Source: Flavobacteriales bacterium (lineage in GTDB: Bacteria; Bacteroidota; Bacteroidia; Flavobacteriales; CAJXXR01). From it: 57,423 nt of DNA. Both the position numbers and the translations under genes were made by a program. The notes under the pieces were generated by a model, which was not told where the DNA came from, made no database searches, and saw nothing but the letters and a program-made list of their open reading frames with translations. The stretch covers positions 1 through 57,423 of the forward strand of contig JBMYYR010000004.1 of the NCBI GenBank assembly GCA_049609625.1, given 5' to 3'. Below are positions 7,598 to 17,027 of this stretch, piece after piece (the first letter of the stretch is position 1; each line of letters starts with the position of its first letter).

Positions 7598-9358
7598 ATG
7601 AAAGAACTTCTTTACCTCAAACCTTATCTTTACAAATACCGTAAGTCATTGATTTTAGGGTCTTTGTTTATTCTTATATCCAATATCTTTGCCGTTTATA
7701 TTCCACAATTCGTGGGTCAGGCCTTTAATGAAATTGAAGCCAATCTGTCAAAAATTGCAGGAAATGAAGAAAAGATTGCCGATTTTACCACTAGTTTACT
7801 TCATTATGGCGCCTATGTTTTGCTTTTTGCTTTGGCAAAAGGTTTTTTTATGGTTTTGATGAGGCAAACCGTTATTGTTAGTTCCAGAAAAATAGAATTT
7901 GATTTAAAAAACACCATTTTTGATCATTATCAACGCTTAGATCAATCCTTTTACCTCAAAAACAGAACGGGCGACATCATTAATCGGATTAGTGAAGACG
8001 TCAGTAAAGTAAGAATGTTTCTGGGCCCAGCCATCATGTATTCCATCAACCTGAGTTTTATGCTTATTTTGGTGGTTTCAAAAATGTATAGCGTTAGCCC
8101 TATGTTGACGTTTTATTCCTTATTACCGATGCCACTTTTGGCGGTTACTATCTTCTTTGTCAGCAATCGTATTCATAAGCTTAGCTTGGCTGTTCAGGAA
8201 TCTTTAGCTAGAGTATCTAACATTTCTCAAGAGACTTTTTCTGGTCTAAGATTGGTCAAATCCTATGTTATTGAGCAGGTTTTAAACCAACAAAATGACG
8301 AGGCCAGTACCGATTATAAAAATCAACAACTGAAACTCATCAAAACTCAAGCTTTGTTTTTTCCTTTGATGATTTTGCTGATTGGCTCTTGCTCGCTTAT
8401 CGTCGTTTATTTTGGTGGAAAAGAAGTAATTAATGGCAATATGAGCCAGGGAACTATTGCCGAATTTATCATTTATATCAATATGTTGACTTGGCCTGTA
8501 GCGTCTATCGGTTGGGTTAGTGCCCTGACCTACACCGCTGCAGCTTCTCAAAAACGAATCAACGATTTTCTGAAAACCGAAACCAAAATCAAAAATCACC
8601 CCGAAGCCAAAGTACATTCTATTGCTGGCGATTTAGTGTTTGACAAGGTTGAGTTTAGCTACAAAACTTCTGGTGTTCATGCCATCAAAAACCTTAGCTT
8701 TAGGCTAGAAAAAGGCAAAACCTTAGGAATTATCGGAAAAACAGGCTCGGGAAAATCGACCATTGCCCAATTGCTTTGCCGTATTGACGACATCGACTCT
8801 GGTCAGATTTTGATGAACAATTTAGCGATTAACAAACACGACCTCAATGACTTGAGGTCTTCGATAGCTTATGTGCCTCAAGATGTCTTTTTGTTTTCCG
8901 ATACCATCAAAAACAACATTGCTTTTGGGCGCATTGACGCCAGTGATGAAGATGTTATTTCGGCAGCCAAACGCGCTAAAATTCACGACAACATCATGCA
9001 ATTTAAGGAAGGCTACGAAAGCAAAATTGGCGAGCGTGGCATCAGTCTTTCTGGTGGGCAAAAACAGCGTATTTCTTTAGCTAGAGCGATGATAAAATCT
9101 CCCGATTTATTAATTTTGGATGATTGCCTTTCTGCCGTAGACGCTGAAACAGAACATTTTATCATACAAGAACTTAAAACTTGGATGAAAGGAAAAACCA
9201 GCATTGTCATCTCACACAGGATTTCGAGTCTTCAACACGCCGACCAAATCATTGTCTTGGACGAAGGTCAAATTATCGAACAAGGAACGCACGAAAGTTT
9301 AATTGAAAATGGAAACTATTACGCTTCCGTTTACAAAAAACAACAACTCGAAGCCTAA
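7598..9358 (+). CDS. ABC exporter, fused permease/ATPase (ABCB/MsbA type)
   Basis: Six-TM N-terminal half, Walker A GKTGSGKST, signature LSGGQKQR and Walker B LLILDD. Confidence 0.9.
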   Translation: MKELLYLKPYLYKYRKSLILGSLFILISNIFAVYIPQFVGQAFNEIEANLSKIAGNEEKIADFTTSLLHYGAYVLLFALAKGFFMVLMRQTVIVSSRKIEFDLKNTIFDHYQRLDQSFYLKNRTGDIINRISEDVSKVRMFLGPAIMYSINLSFMLILVVSKMYSVSPMLTFYSLLPMPLLAVTIFFVSNRIHKLSLAVQESLARVSNISQETFSGLRLVKSYVIEQVLNQQNDEASTDYKNQQLKLIKTQALFFPLMILLIGSCSLIVVYFGGKEVINGNMSQGTIAEFIIYINMLTWPVASIGWVSALTYTAAASQKRINDFLKTETKIKNHPEAKVHSIAGDLVFDKVEFSYKTSGVHAIKNLSFRLEKGKTLGIIGKTGSGKSTIAQLLCRIDDIDSGQILMNNLAINKHDLNDLRSSIAYVPQDVFLFSDTIKNNIAFGRIDASDEDVISAAKRAKIHDNIMQFKEGYESKIGERGISLSGGQKQRISLARAMIKSPDLLILDDCLSAVDAETEHFIIQELKTWMKGKTSIVISHRISSLQHADQIIVLDEGQIIEQGTHESLIENGNYYASVYKKQQLEA

Positions 9359-9418
9359 AACACCCGAATAAACAGTTCAAATCCCTAACTTCGCCCCTAT
9401 TTTAAACATCACTTTATT

Positions 9419-10351
9419 TTGGATTTAACCAACCCACTTGTTTACGGCGTACCTTGTTTTTTACTTTTTATCGCCTTAGAAATTGCTTATAGCAAATCTC
9501 ATAATCGAAAAACGCTTTACAATAAAAAAGATTTCCTCTCTAGCCTTGCCATGGGCATTGGCTCAGCTATTCTGGGGCCGTTAATCAAAACCATCTACAC
9601 CGTTGCTATTTTTGAAGGTGCCTATGCCCTATTCAATCCTGAAGTTGATGGCGTTCGTCAGAATATTTTGGGTTGGGAAAGTTTTGGCTATAGCCTACCT
9701 GTCTGGTTTGCTTGTCAGTTTTTGGACGATTTGGCTTATTATTGGTTTCATCGCCAAAACCACATGTGTCGATTCTTTTGGGCAGCACATATTGTCCACC
9801 ATTCTTCCGATCATTTCAATTTAGGAACAGCCGTCCGAAATGGTTGGTTTACATTAGCTTACAAACCACTATTCTACATGTGGATTCCCGCTTTGGGCTT
9901 TCCACCAGCGATGGTCGTGGTGTGTTTGGGTATAGAATCGCTTTGGCAATTCCAACTCCATACCCAATATATTACCAGTCTCGGTTTTTTTGATAGATTT
10001 ATGAATACGCACACCATGCACCAAGTTCATCATGCCCGAAATTTAGAATATATGGATAAAAATCACGGCGGTTTTCTCAATATTTTCGATAGAATGTTCG
10101 GAACGTTTAAGAAAATTGACAATACGATTGATATTGAATATGGTGTAACACATCCGCCAAACTCTTATAATCCATTGGTTATCCTTACGCACGAATATGT
10201 GGATATTTGGAAGGATATGAAAAAGTCGAAAAACTGGAAAGACAAATGGATGTATTGCTTTGGTCCACCAGGCTGGAGCCATGACGGCAGTACGTTGACC
10301 ATCAATCAGATGAGAGAAAAACTAGCGAAAGAAGCTAAAGCGTCTGCTTAA
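9419..10351 (+). CDS. Sterol desaturase / fatty acid hydroxylase family membrane protein
   Basis: Histidine boxes HRQNH, HIVHH and HQVHH; hydrophobic N-terminus. The start codon is TTG. Confidence 0.8.
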   Translation: MDLTNPLVYGVPCFLLFIALEIAYSKSHNRKTLYNKKDFLSSLAMGIGSAILGPLIKTIYTVAIFEGAYALFNPEVDGVRQNILGWESFGYSLPVWFACQFLDDLAYYWFHRQNHMCRFFWAAHIVHHSSDHFNLGTAVRNGWFTLAYKPLFYMWIPALGFPPAMVVVCLGIESLWQFQLHTQYITSLGFFDRFMNTHTMHQVHHARNLEYMDKNHGGFLNIFDRMFGTFKKIDNTIDIEYGVTHPPNSYNPLVILTHEYVDIWKDMKKSKNWKDKWMYCFGPPGWSHDGSTLTINQMREKLAKEAKASA

Positions 10352-10497
10352 AGACAAAAAAGACCTGATTTTGACTGCGTTTCAGGTCATTAAAGCCAGT
10401 ATTGCCAGTAAATACCAACTCTATTTACCTACCGAAAACAATTAGATAGACGGAGTAATGAAAGAGGCAGTTCAATTTGAAAATAACAACAAATAAA

Positions 10498-10955
10498 ATG
10501 GCAAAAAATAATTTACAATTACTATCCAACTTTGTGCTTTTTGAAACCGAAAGCGGTAAAGTAAATATTGAAGTCTATTTTGAAAACGATACCTTATGGT
10601 TGTCTCAAAAAACTATTGCTACGCTTTTTGAAAAAGACAGAACTGTTATTAGCAAACACCTAAAAAATATTTTTGAAAGCGGAGAGCTACAAGAAAATGT
10701 GGTGTGTGCAAATTTTGCACACACCACACAGCACGGAGCAATTGAGGATAAAACACAAACTAAAAAAGTTAAATTTTACAATCTAAAAGCCATTACAGCA
10801 GTGGGTTATAGAGTAAACTCAACAAGAGCCACCCAGTTTAGAACATGGGCTACAGAAGTATTGCACGACTATATAATTAAAGGTTTTGCAATGGATGATG
10901 AGCGGTTACAACAGGTAAACATTTTGATAAAGAAATAAGAAAATTGAACGAGTAA
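10498..10955 (+). pseudogene. Truncated RhuM-family (virulence protein RhuM-like) gene: N-terminal half only
   Basis: FETESGKVNIEVYFENDTLWLSQKTIATLF..ISKHLKNIFESGEL..YNLKAITAVGYRVNS.RATQFR.WATEVL..YIIKGFAMDDERL matches the RhuM N-terminal region. The frame stops at 10936-10938. A shifted frame then reads GKHFDKEIRKLNE and stops at 10953-10955. Intact members are roughly twice this length. Confidence 0.65.
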
Positions 10956-11023
10956 GATTTTGAAAAGCACACTTCAAAACTAGCCTATTCGCTTGTAATT
11001 CAATACCCAAACACAAACCTCTT

Positions 11024-11776
11024 ATGGCTATTTATTTTTTTGATGTTTTAGACTCCACAAATACCTATCTAAAAGCGCATCAAACTACATATCAACACGG
11101 TGATTGTATTGTAGCGCATGAGCAAAAAGCTGGCAAAGGGCAGCTGGGAAATTCCTGGGAAAGCGAAGCCTACAAAAACTTGCATTGTTCCATGCTTATC
11201 AAATGGTCGAGGCTAAAGGCTGAGGATGCGTTCCAAATTTCGAAATGGGTGTCTTTGGTTTTGATGTCGGTTATTAAATCAATAGATTCCAGTTTTGAAC
11301 CAAAAATAAAATGGCCAAATGACCTTTATTTGAATGGAAAAAAAATAGCTGGAATATTAATAGAAAACAGTATTCAGAATCGAAGTATTGACCAGAGTGT
11401 TATTGGTATTGGACTGAATATCAATCAGTTAAAATTTAGTCCACCCTTAGACAAAACAGCTAGTTCTTTAGCTATCGAAAGTGAAAAATACTTTGATTTA
11501 TCTAAAATTACTCAACAAATTCACGATGAGCTCAATGAAGCCTTTGATTTTGGTCAGATTCATCAAAAGCGAAACCTTAACACCTTGTATTTAAGGCATC
11601 TTTTGGGTTTAGATGAACTTAGATATTTTGAAGATAAAGATGGTGTTTTTCAAGGAATCATCAAAAATGTAGATGATTCTGGCAAATTAAATGTCCTCAA
11701 AGTCAGCCCTAATCCCGAGCAAACTATCGCACAAAAAACATGCTCTTATGATTTGAAAGAACTAAAATTTTTATAA
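11024..11776 (+). CDS. birA: Biotin--[acetyl-CoA-carboxylase] ligase
   Basis: Motifs GKGQLGNSWES and KWPNDLYLNGKKIAGILIE. Confidence 0.85.
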   Translation: MAIYFFDVLDSTNTYLKAHQTTYQHGDCIVAHEQKAGKGQLGNSWESEAYKNLHCSMLIKWSRLKAEDAFQISKWVSLVLMSVIKSIDSSFEPKIKWPNDLYLNGKKIAGILIENSIQNRSIDQSVIGIGLNINQLKFSPPLDKTASSLAIESEKYFDLSKITQQIHDELNEAFDFGQIHQKRNLNTLYLRHLLGLDELRYFEDKDGVFQGIIKNVDDSGKLNVLKVSPNPEQTIAQKTCSYDLKELKFL

Positions 11777-11820
11777 TTTTACGACAGTTATTACAAATAA
11801 ATCTTTCTAAAATCATTTTT

Positions 11821-12360
11821 ATGAATTTAAAATCAATTAGTTACATCGCTTTTTTTCTAAGTCTACTACTGCCGCTAACAAGTTTTGCGCAACAACGTGC
11901 AAATACCGAAAGCAGAATCTGGCTTAGTATCCTCAATCCAAGTTTGAGAATTGAAATGCCTATAGCAGACGAATGGTCTATGAATGCAGGCGCTAGCATC
12001 TTGTTTGCTGGAGAATACGAAAAAGTAAATGGCGTGGAAACAAAAAATACCATCGAATCTCTTCCTGCCATTACCTTAGAGGCTCGCTATTTTACGACAC
12101 GCGCAAAACGATCTGAAATGGGCAAAACGACAGATTATTTTTCGGGAGGCTACCTCGGTATACCACTAAATCTTTATGTCGGCAAAGGTTTTTCATTTGG
12201 AGCACTTTATGGTGTTCAGGGCGTTAACCGAAGAACATCTCGATTTTTCTACAACCTGGCCATTGGTTTAGAATATACCGATATAGAATTTGATAAAAAT
12301 GATCCGAAACAAGGTGTTTTCTTAGGCAGCACACTAGGTTTAGGTGTCCGACTGAAATAA
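11821..12360 (+). CDS. Secreted, probably outer-membrane beta-barrel-like hypothetical protein
   Basis: Signal peptide LLLPLTSFAQQ and Gly/aromatic-rich alternating segments. No family recognised. Confidence 0.4.
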   Translation: MNLKSISYIAFFLSLLLPLTSFAQQRANTESRIWLSILNPSLRIEMPIADEWSMNAGASILFAGEYEKVNGVETKNTIESLPAITLEARYFTTRAKRSEMGKTTDYFSGGYLGIPLNLYVGKGFSFGALYGVQGVNRRTSRFFYNLAIGLEYTDIEFDKNDPKQGVFLGSTLGLGVRLK

Positions 12361-12381
12361 AACAAAGAACTAACGTTACAT

Positions 12382-12428
12382 AAAAAACGCTGATGAGTTT
12401 GATTACAAACTCATCAGCGTTTTTTTTT
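12382..12428. terminator. Strong bidirectional rho-independent terminator between convergent genes
   Basis: A 15-bp perfect stem acgctgatgagtttg / caaactcatcagcgt with a 4-nt loop, flanked by A6 and T8 runs. Confidence 0.85.
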
Positions 12429-12505
12429 ATAACTGGGTATCTTCTCAAAAAAAGTAAGACTCAGGATTCAAAAAGGAAGCCCGCCCTACAAGTCTTTACC
12501 AAAAC

Positions 12506-12889
12506 TTAGCCCGACACCTTCGTAAGCATCTGATCAATAAACTGGCTTAAAGGCTTTTTTACCATCATTTCCATCATCGGATTGAGCTGACCCTGAGCTT
12601 CAATGGTTACCAAAGCTTGTTGGTCGGTGGCGCCTTGCCGAATATCGAACGCTAGCTGAAACTCTATTTTTCCGTCCACTACATAAATCAATGTATTTGA
12701 CTCAAACTTTGGCTTTAACCTCAGCAAAGTACCGCCCATAATTTGAAAAGACAATTCATCAGCATCAGACTGAGTATGAGTTACTTGATCTGGAAGATAG
12801 CTTGCCAAAACCTGTGGATTTGCCAGATGCTGTTTTAGTGTTTCAGGCGATTTGTTTACCGCAAGAGTTTTGGTTTGGAGGTTTAGCAT
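12506..12889 (-). CDS. Small hypothetical protein (possibly SRPBCC/START-like)
   Basis: A 127-aa ORF immediately downstream of pyrE on the same strand. The family assignment is only an impression. Confidence 0.4.
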   Translation of the reverse strand: MLNLQTKTLAVNKSPETLKQHLANPQVLASYLPDQVTHTQSDADELSFQIMGGTLLRLKPKFESNTLIYVVDGKIEFQLAFDIRQGATDQQALVTIEAQGQLNPMMEMMVKKPLSQFIDQMLTKVSG

Positions 12890-12905
12890 ATCAAACGTGT
12901 TTACT

Positions 12906-13556
12906 TTAGGACGCTTCGGGCGACCAATCGGCAGGATTTTCTCTCCAAAGTTCCAATAATTTTTGTTCCGATTCAGTCAAATACCCTTGTTCTGCAGCTT
13001 TTTCGAGCATTAAAGGATAATTAGAAAGCGTGAAGAAATCGCATTGTGCGTCTTCAAAATTTCGTTTCGACACCTCAAAATCATAAGTGAAAATAGCGGC
13101 CATACCTTTCACAACGGCACCAAACTCTTTTAGCGCTTCATAGGCTTTTAGGCTCGATGTTCCTGTGCTAATCAAATCTTCGACAATCACAACGCTTTGA
13201 CCTTTCTCTAGGTAACCTTCAATTTGATTTTTCCGACCGTGTTTTTTGGGTTCAGGACGTACATATACAAAGGGAACACCCAAATGTTGGGCAACCAAAA
13301 CGCCATGAGCAATGGCTCCGGTGGCAACACCAGCAATTACATCGGGCTTGCCATAACGCTGTTCAATGAGCTTGGCCAATTGTTCTTTGATGTACAATCG
13401 GGTGGCGTGATGCGATAAAATGATACGGTTATCACAATATATCGGAGATTTCCATCCACTTGCCCAAGTAAAAGGTGTGGTCGGATTCAATTTAATTGCT
13501 TTAATTTGCAATAAAAAATCGGCAGTTTGTAAAGCCGTATCTAAAGATTCAATCAT
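12906..13556 (-). CDS. pyrE: Orotate phosphoribosyltransferase
   Basis: Motifs FTWASGWKSPIYCDNR and the PRPP-binding stretch VVIVEDLISTGTSS. I chose the start at the internal ATG (MIESLDT, 13554-13556), giving the usual ~216 aa. The track ORF extends to 13673. Confidence 0.9.
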   Translation of the reverse strand: MIESLDTALQTADFLLQIKAIKLNPTTPFTWASGWKSPIYCDNRIILSHHATRLYIKEQLAKLIEQRYGKPDVIAGVATGAIAHGVLVAQHLGVPFVYVRPEPKKHGRKNQIEGYLEKGQSVVIVEDLISTGTSSLKAYEALKEFGAVVKGMAAIFTYDFEVSKRNFEDAQCDFFTLSNYPLMLEKAAEQGYLTESEQKLLELWRENPADWSPEAS

Positions 13557-14151
13557 GGCGCAAATGTATAAAGTTTTTATCAACAACAAAAGCATTTTTC
13601 TTACCGAAAACACAGAAAAAGGCGAGTTTTTTTCGACTAAAAAAGAAATAAAATCACTATTGAAATTCATCAAAAAAAGGAAAGAAACTGATTTTCAAAT
13701 AGAAGTGAAAAATCTAAATCAGTTTTGGACTCTTTTTAAGTCTTGCCATATTTACATTAAAGCGGCAGGTGGCTTGGTTTATAATAAAAAATCGAAGCTT
13801 TTGGTAATCTACCGAAACAAAAAGTGGGATTTACCAAAGGGCAAAAAAGAAAAAGGCGAATCTACAAAAGCATGTGCTCTACGAGAAGTGGAGGAAGAAA
13901 CGGGTTGCAAAAATTTAAAGCTGAAAAAAGCAAAAAAACAAGTAACTTACCATACCTACTATTGTAAACACAACAAGGCCATGGCACTCAAAAAATGTTC
14001 GTGGTTTGAAATGAAAACAACCAAAAAATCGAAACTAAAACCACAACGCGAAGAGGATATCAGCGAGGTGTTTTGGATGCCCAAAAAAAAGCTAAAAACC
14101 TTTAGAAAAAAGACCTATTTGTCTTTGAGAGATTTGGATTTGTTTCAGTAA
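13555..14151 (+). CDS. NUDIX hydrolase
   Basis: Nudix box GKKEKGESTKACALREVEEETG. The likely start is MAQMYKVF (13555) or MYKVF (13564). The track ORF from 13420 overlaps pyrE and is probably too long. Confidence 0.8.
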   Translation: MAQMYKVFINNKSIFLTENTEKGEFFSTKKEIKSLLKFIKKRKETDFQIEVKNLNQFWTLFKSCHIYIKAAGGLVYNKKSKLLVIYRNKKWDLPKGKKEKGESTKACALREVEEETGCKNLKLKKAKKQVTYHTYYCKHNKAMALKKCSWFEMKTTKKSKLKPQREEDISEVFWMPKKKLKTFRKKTYLSLRDLDLFQ

Positions 14152-14290
14152 ACGATTTGATTTTGAATTGAATAGTTTTTCTCCCTTAGAAAAACTCAGA
14201 ACTTCCTCCCAAACGTGAAAATAAAAAAAAGGGCGTTAATATGGGTTAAGCTTTGCGTTATGTTTTTAATCTATTTGTATTTTTGAGCTT

Positions 14291-15766
14291 ATGAATAAAC
14301 ACCGGATTCAAATTGCAATTAGCTTGATGGCATGTGCGCTTTTAGTGCTCATTAGCGTGCAATATTTTTGGATCGAAAGTCTCTATCAGCAATCTGTTCA
14401 GCGCTTTGATAGAGATTTGCGCGTGGCGCTCCGCAACACATCCAACGAACTTTTTAGACTACAATACGCCGAACATTCTATTTTTCTGAAGCAGTTGATG
14501 ATGCAAAAACAGAATCATCAACAATCTGGAAATCATCCAAATATAACTGCTTTTGACGGTGGCTTGGGCGGCTTCAACCCTACAATTCAGGAAGAAAAAC
14601 AAAGCGGAATAAGTCTCGACAATCAAGCAGAAGACCAATACAACGACATGCGTCTCGAAATGCAGCGTATTTTTAGTTCTTATTTAGATGACATTTTTTT
14701 CCTTCAAGGTTTAAAAGTAGAATCCGAATTGGATTTTAATGAGATTGATTCTATTTTACATAAAGAATTGAAAAACAGAGGAATAGAAACTGATTTTAGT
14801 TTCGCTGTTACCGACAATCAACGTCAATTTATTCATCGAAGCTCAACCGAAGATGCTAAAACCACCTATTTAGACGAAGGTTATCGACAGGTATTTTATT
14901 TACTTCCAAATCCACACGAACGCTATGATATTCATCTACTTATAAAGAAAAAATTCTCTTATTTGGTAAGCGATATGCGCCCAATTATTGCCATCCTTAC
15001 GGTGATGATTTTGATTATTGCGGGGAGTTTCTACTATGCTTTGCGGATTATCTTTAATCAGAAAAAACTCTCGGAAATCAAAACGGATTTTATCAACAAC
15101 ATGACGCATGAGCTAAAAACGCCGATTTCTACGGTTTCGCTTGCGCTGGAAGCTTTGCTAAAATTTGATTTGAGGATGGATGAACAGCGAAGTAAAAAAT
15201 ACCTCGAAATCTGTAAAAACGAGAATGCGAGGCTCGGAAATATGGTTGAAAACGTATTAAATTCGGCTGCAAACCAAAAAGGCGAACTCAAACTAAATTG
15301 CGAAGAACTGGAACTTAACAAGTTGGTTAGCCAAGTGGTAGAAAATATCGAAGTTCAAGTCCGAGCCAAAAACGGAAGCATCAGCCTTAAGCTAGAAGCT
15401 ACTGATGACCTCATTTATGCTGACCCCGTTCATTTCACTAATATTTTGTTCAACTTGCTCGACAATGCCATAAAATATTACAGAGATGTTCCCAAAATTG
15501 AAATAAAAACCAAAAGCGACAGTTCTAATGTTTATATCGACGTAAAAGACGAAGGCATCGGACTAAAAAAAGAAGATAAAGAACGTATTTTCGAACGCTT
15601 TTATAGAGTCCCAACCGGAAATGTTCACAATGTGAAAGGCTATGGTTTGGGCTTGAGTTATGTGTATGATGTTGTGCAAAAACACGAAGGCAGCATCTTA
15701 GTTGAATCAGAGTTAGGAAAAGGCACTAATTTTAAAATCAAATTACCCCATGGAAGAACGAGTTAA
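14291..15766 (+). CDS. Sensor histidine kinase
   Basis: Two TM segments, H-box NMTHELKTPIS, N-box LLDNAIKY and G-boxes DEGIGL / GYGLGLS. Confidence 0.9.
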   Translation: MNKHRIQIAISLMACALLVLISVQYFWIESLYQQSVQRFDRDLRVALRNTSNELFRLQYAEHSIFLKQLMMQKQNHQQSGNHPNITAFDGGLGGFNPTIQEEKQSGISLDNQAEDQYNDMRLEMQRIFSSYLDDIFFLQGLKVESELDFNEIDSILHKELKNRGIETDFSFAVTDNQRQFIHRSSTEDAKTTYLDEGYRQVFYLLPNPHERYDIHLLIKKKFSYLVSDMRPIIAILTVMILIIAGSFYYALRIIFNQKKLSEIKTDFINNMTHELKTPISTVSLALEALLKFDLRMDEQRSKKYLEICKNENARLGNMVENVLNSAANQKGELKLNCEELELNKLVSQVVENIEVQVRAKNGSISLKLEATDDLIYADPVHFTNILFNLLDNAIKYYRDVPKIEIKTKSDSSNVYIDVKDEGIGLKKEDKERIFERFYRVPTGNVHNVKGYGLGLSYVYDVVQKHEGSILVESELGKGTNFKIKLPHGRTS

Positions 15767-16463
15767 GGTACTCATTGTTGAAGACGATCCGTTTATTGGC
15801 TTGATAACCAAAGAATGTTTTGAATCGAAAAATTTTGAAGTGGAGCTTCACGAAAATGGTGATGCAGGCTACAAAGCATTCAAAAAATTTAAACCCAACA
15901 TCTGTATTTTTGATGTCATGATGCCCATCAAAGATGGCTTTACTTTGGCAGAAGAAATCAGAAAAACGGACAAACAAGTACCGATTATCTTCCTGACAGC
16001 CAAGTCGATGAAAGAAGATGTGATCAAAGGTTTTGCGCTTGGCGCGGATGATTATGTCAAGAAACCATTTAGCGTAGAAGAGCTTATTGCGCGGGTCGAT
16101 GTGATTTTGAAACGCATAAATATCAATGCCAAAAAAGAAGAACAATCGACTTATGAAATTGGTAATTTCTTGTACGACAAAGATTATAAATTACTGAAAA
16201 TTGGCGAAAAAGAACAAAAACTTACCGACAAGGAAGCGGATATTATGACCTACCTGTGCAGAAATCTCAACGAAGTGGTCGATCGATCTAAATTGTTGAT
16301 TGAAGTTTGGGAGAACGACAGTTTTTTCAACTCCAGAAGTTTGGATGTTTACGTTACCAAAATCAGAAAATACCTCAAAGAAGATCCCGATGTAGAGCTT
16401 TTGACCATCAGAGGTAAAGGTTTCAAATTGTGGATTCACAGCAAGAAAGCTTTTGAAAATTAG
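15750..16463 (+). CDS. OmpR-family response regulator
   Basis: Receiver domain VLIVEDD..FDVMMP..LTAK and winged-helix C-terminus TIRGKGFKL. It overlaps the kinase gene by 17 nt. Confidence 0.9.
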   Translation: MEERVKVLIVEDDPFIGLITKECFESKNFEVELHENGDAGYKAFKKFKPNICIFDVMMPIKDGFTLAEEIRKTDKQVPIIFLTAKSMKEDVIKGFALGADDYVKKPFSVEELIARVDVILKRININAKKEEQSTYEIGNFLYDKDYKLLKIGEKEQKLTDKEADIMTYLCRNLNEVVDRSKLLIEVWENDSFFNSRSLDVYVTKIRKYLKEDPDVELLTIRGKGFKLWIHSKKAFEN

Positions 16464-16494
16464 ACACTTAGAACCTTTTGTATTAAATAATCAA

Positions 16495-16519
16495 CCCTCG
16501 AAACATCGAGGGTTTTTTT
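16495..16519 (+). terminator. Rho-independent terminator after the response regulator
   Basis: Stem ccctcga / tcgaggg, loop aaca, then T7. Confidence 0.8.
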
Positions 16520-16548
16520 ATTATAAAATTTATAGCACATCCAACACT

Positions 16549-16974
16549 TTAGCGTTTTCGTTTATATCTTCTCTTAGCAAAAAATGATTTTGACATTTTA
16601 TTTTCGACAATTTTAAGTCCTTTATTTCTTAAAATCATTTTAATGATTTCAGGAGTATAACCATACAGCATAGCTAAATCCTCAACCGGAACACCTTTTA
16701 AATAGCTATTTTTCATGACGTATTGATCATATTCTGTGATGTATTTGTTTTCAAGATTTGACACTTGCGGCAGCCTATCTTGATAGGTTTTCAAAACCCT
16801 GATGAGGTCTGATAAAACAGAGGGATTGATTTTTATTGATTCTGCTTTTTCTTTTGAGTCAAAAATCGTCTGTATAATTTCAATACACAATTGGCCAGTG
16901 TCGTGCTCTAGCAAATCGATTAAAAATCCACTTTTGTCAAATTCTAGCTGAAAGGTATCCAATTTCTTTTTCAT
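16549..16974 (-). CDS. Hypothetical protein with a basic C-terminal tail
   Basis: A 141-aa ORF in which LKGVPVEDLAMLYGYTPEIIKMILRNKGL looks helix-turn-helix-like. The tail is KRRYKRKR. Confidence 0.45.
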   Translation of the reverse strand: MKKKLDTFQLEFDKSGFLIDLLEHDTGQLCIEIIQTIFDSKEKAESIKINPSVLSDLIRVLKTYQDRLPQVSNLENKYITEYDQYVMKNSYLKGVPVEDLAMLYGYTPEIIKMILRNKGLKIVENKMSKSFFAKRRYKRKR

Positions 16975-17027
16975 AAACTATACATTTTTTTATTGAACAC
17001 ATTTAATTAACTACAATACACTTATAA

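Noticed and set aside
15738-16145. A 135-aa minus-strand ORF, plus similar ORFs at 17358-17907 (+) and 55120-55998 (-)
   Set aside because: They lie antisense to the response regulator, meaB and sucC genes respectively. The translations are junk-like and the real genes account for the DNA.
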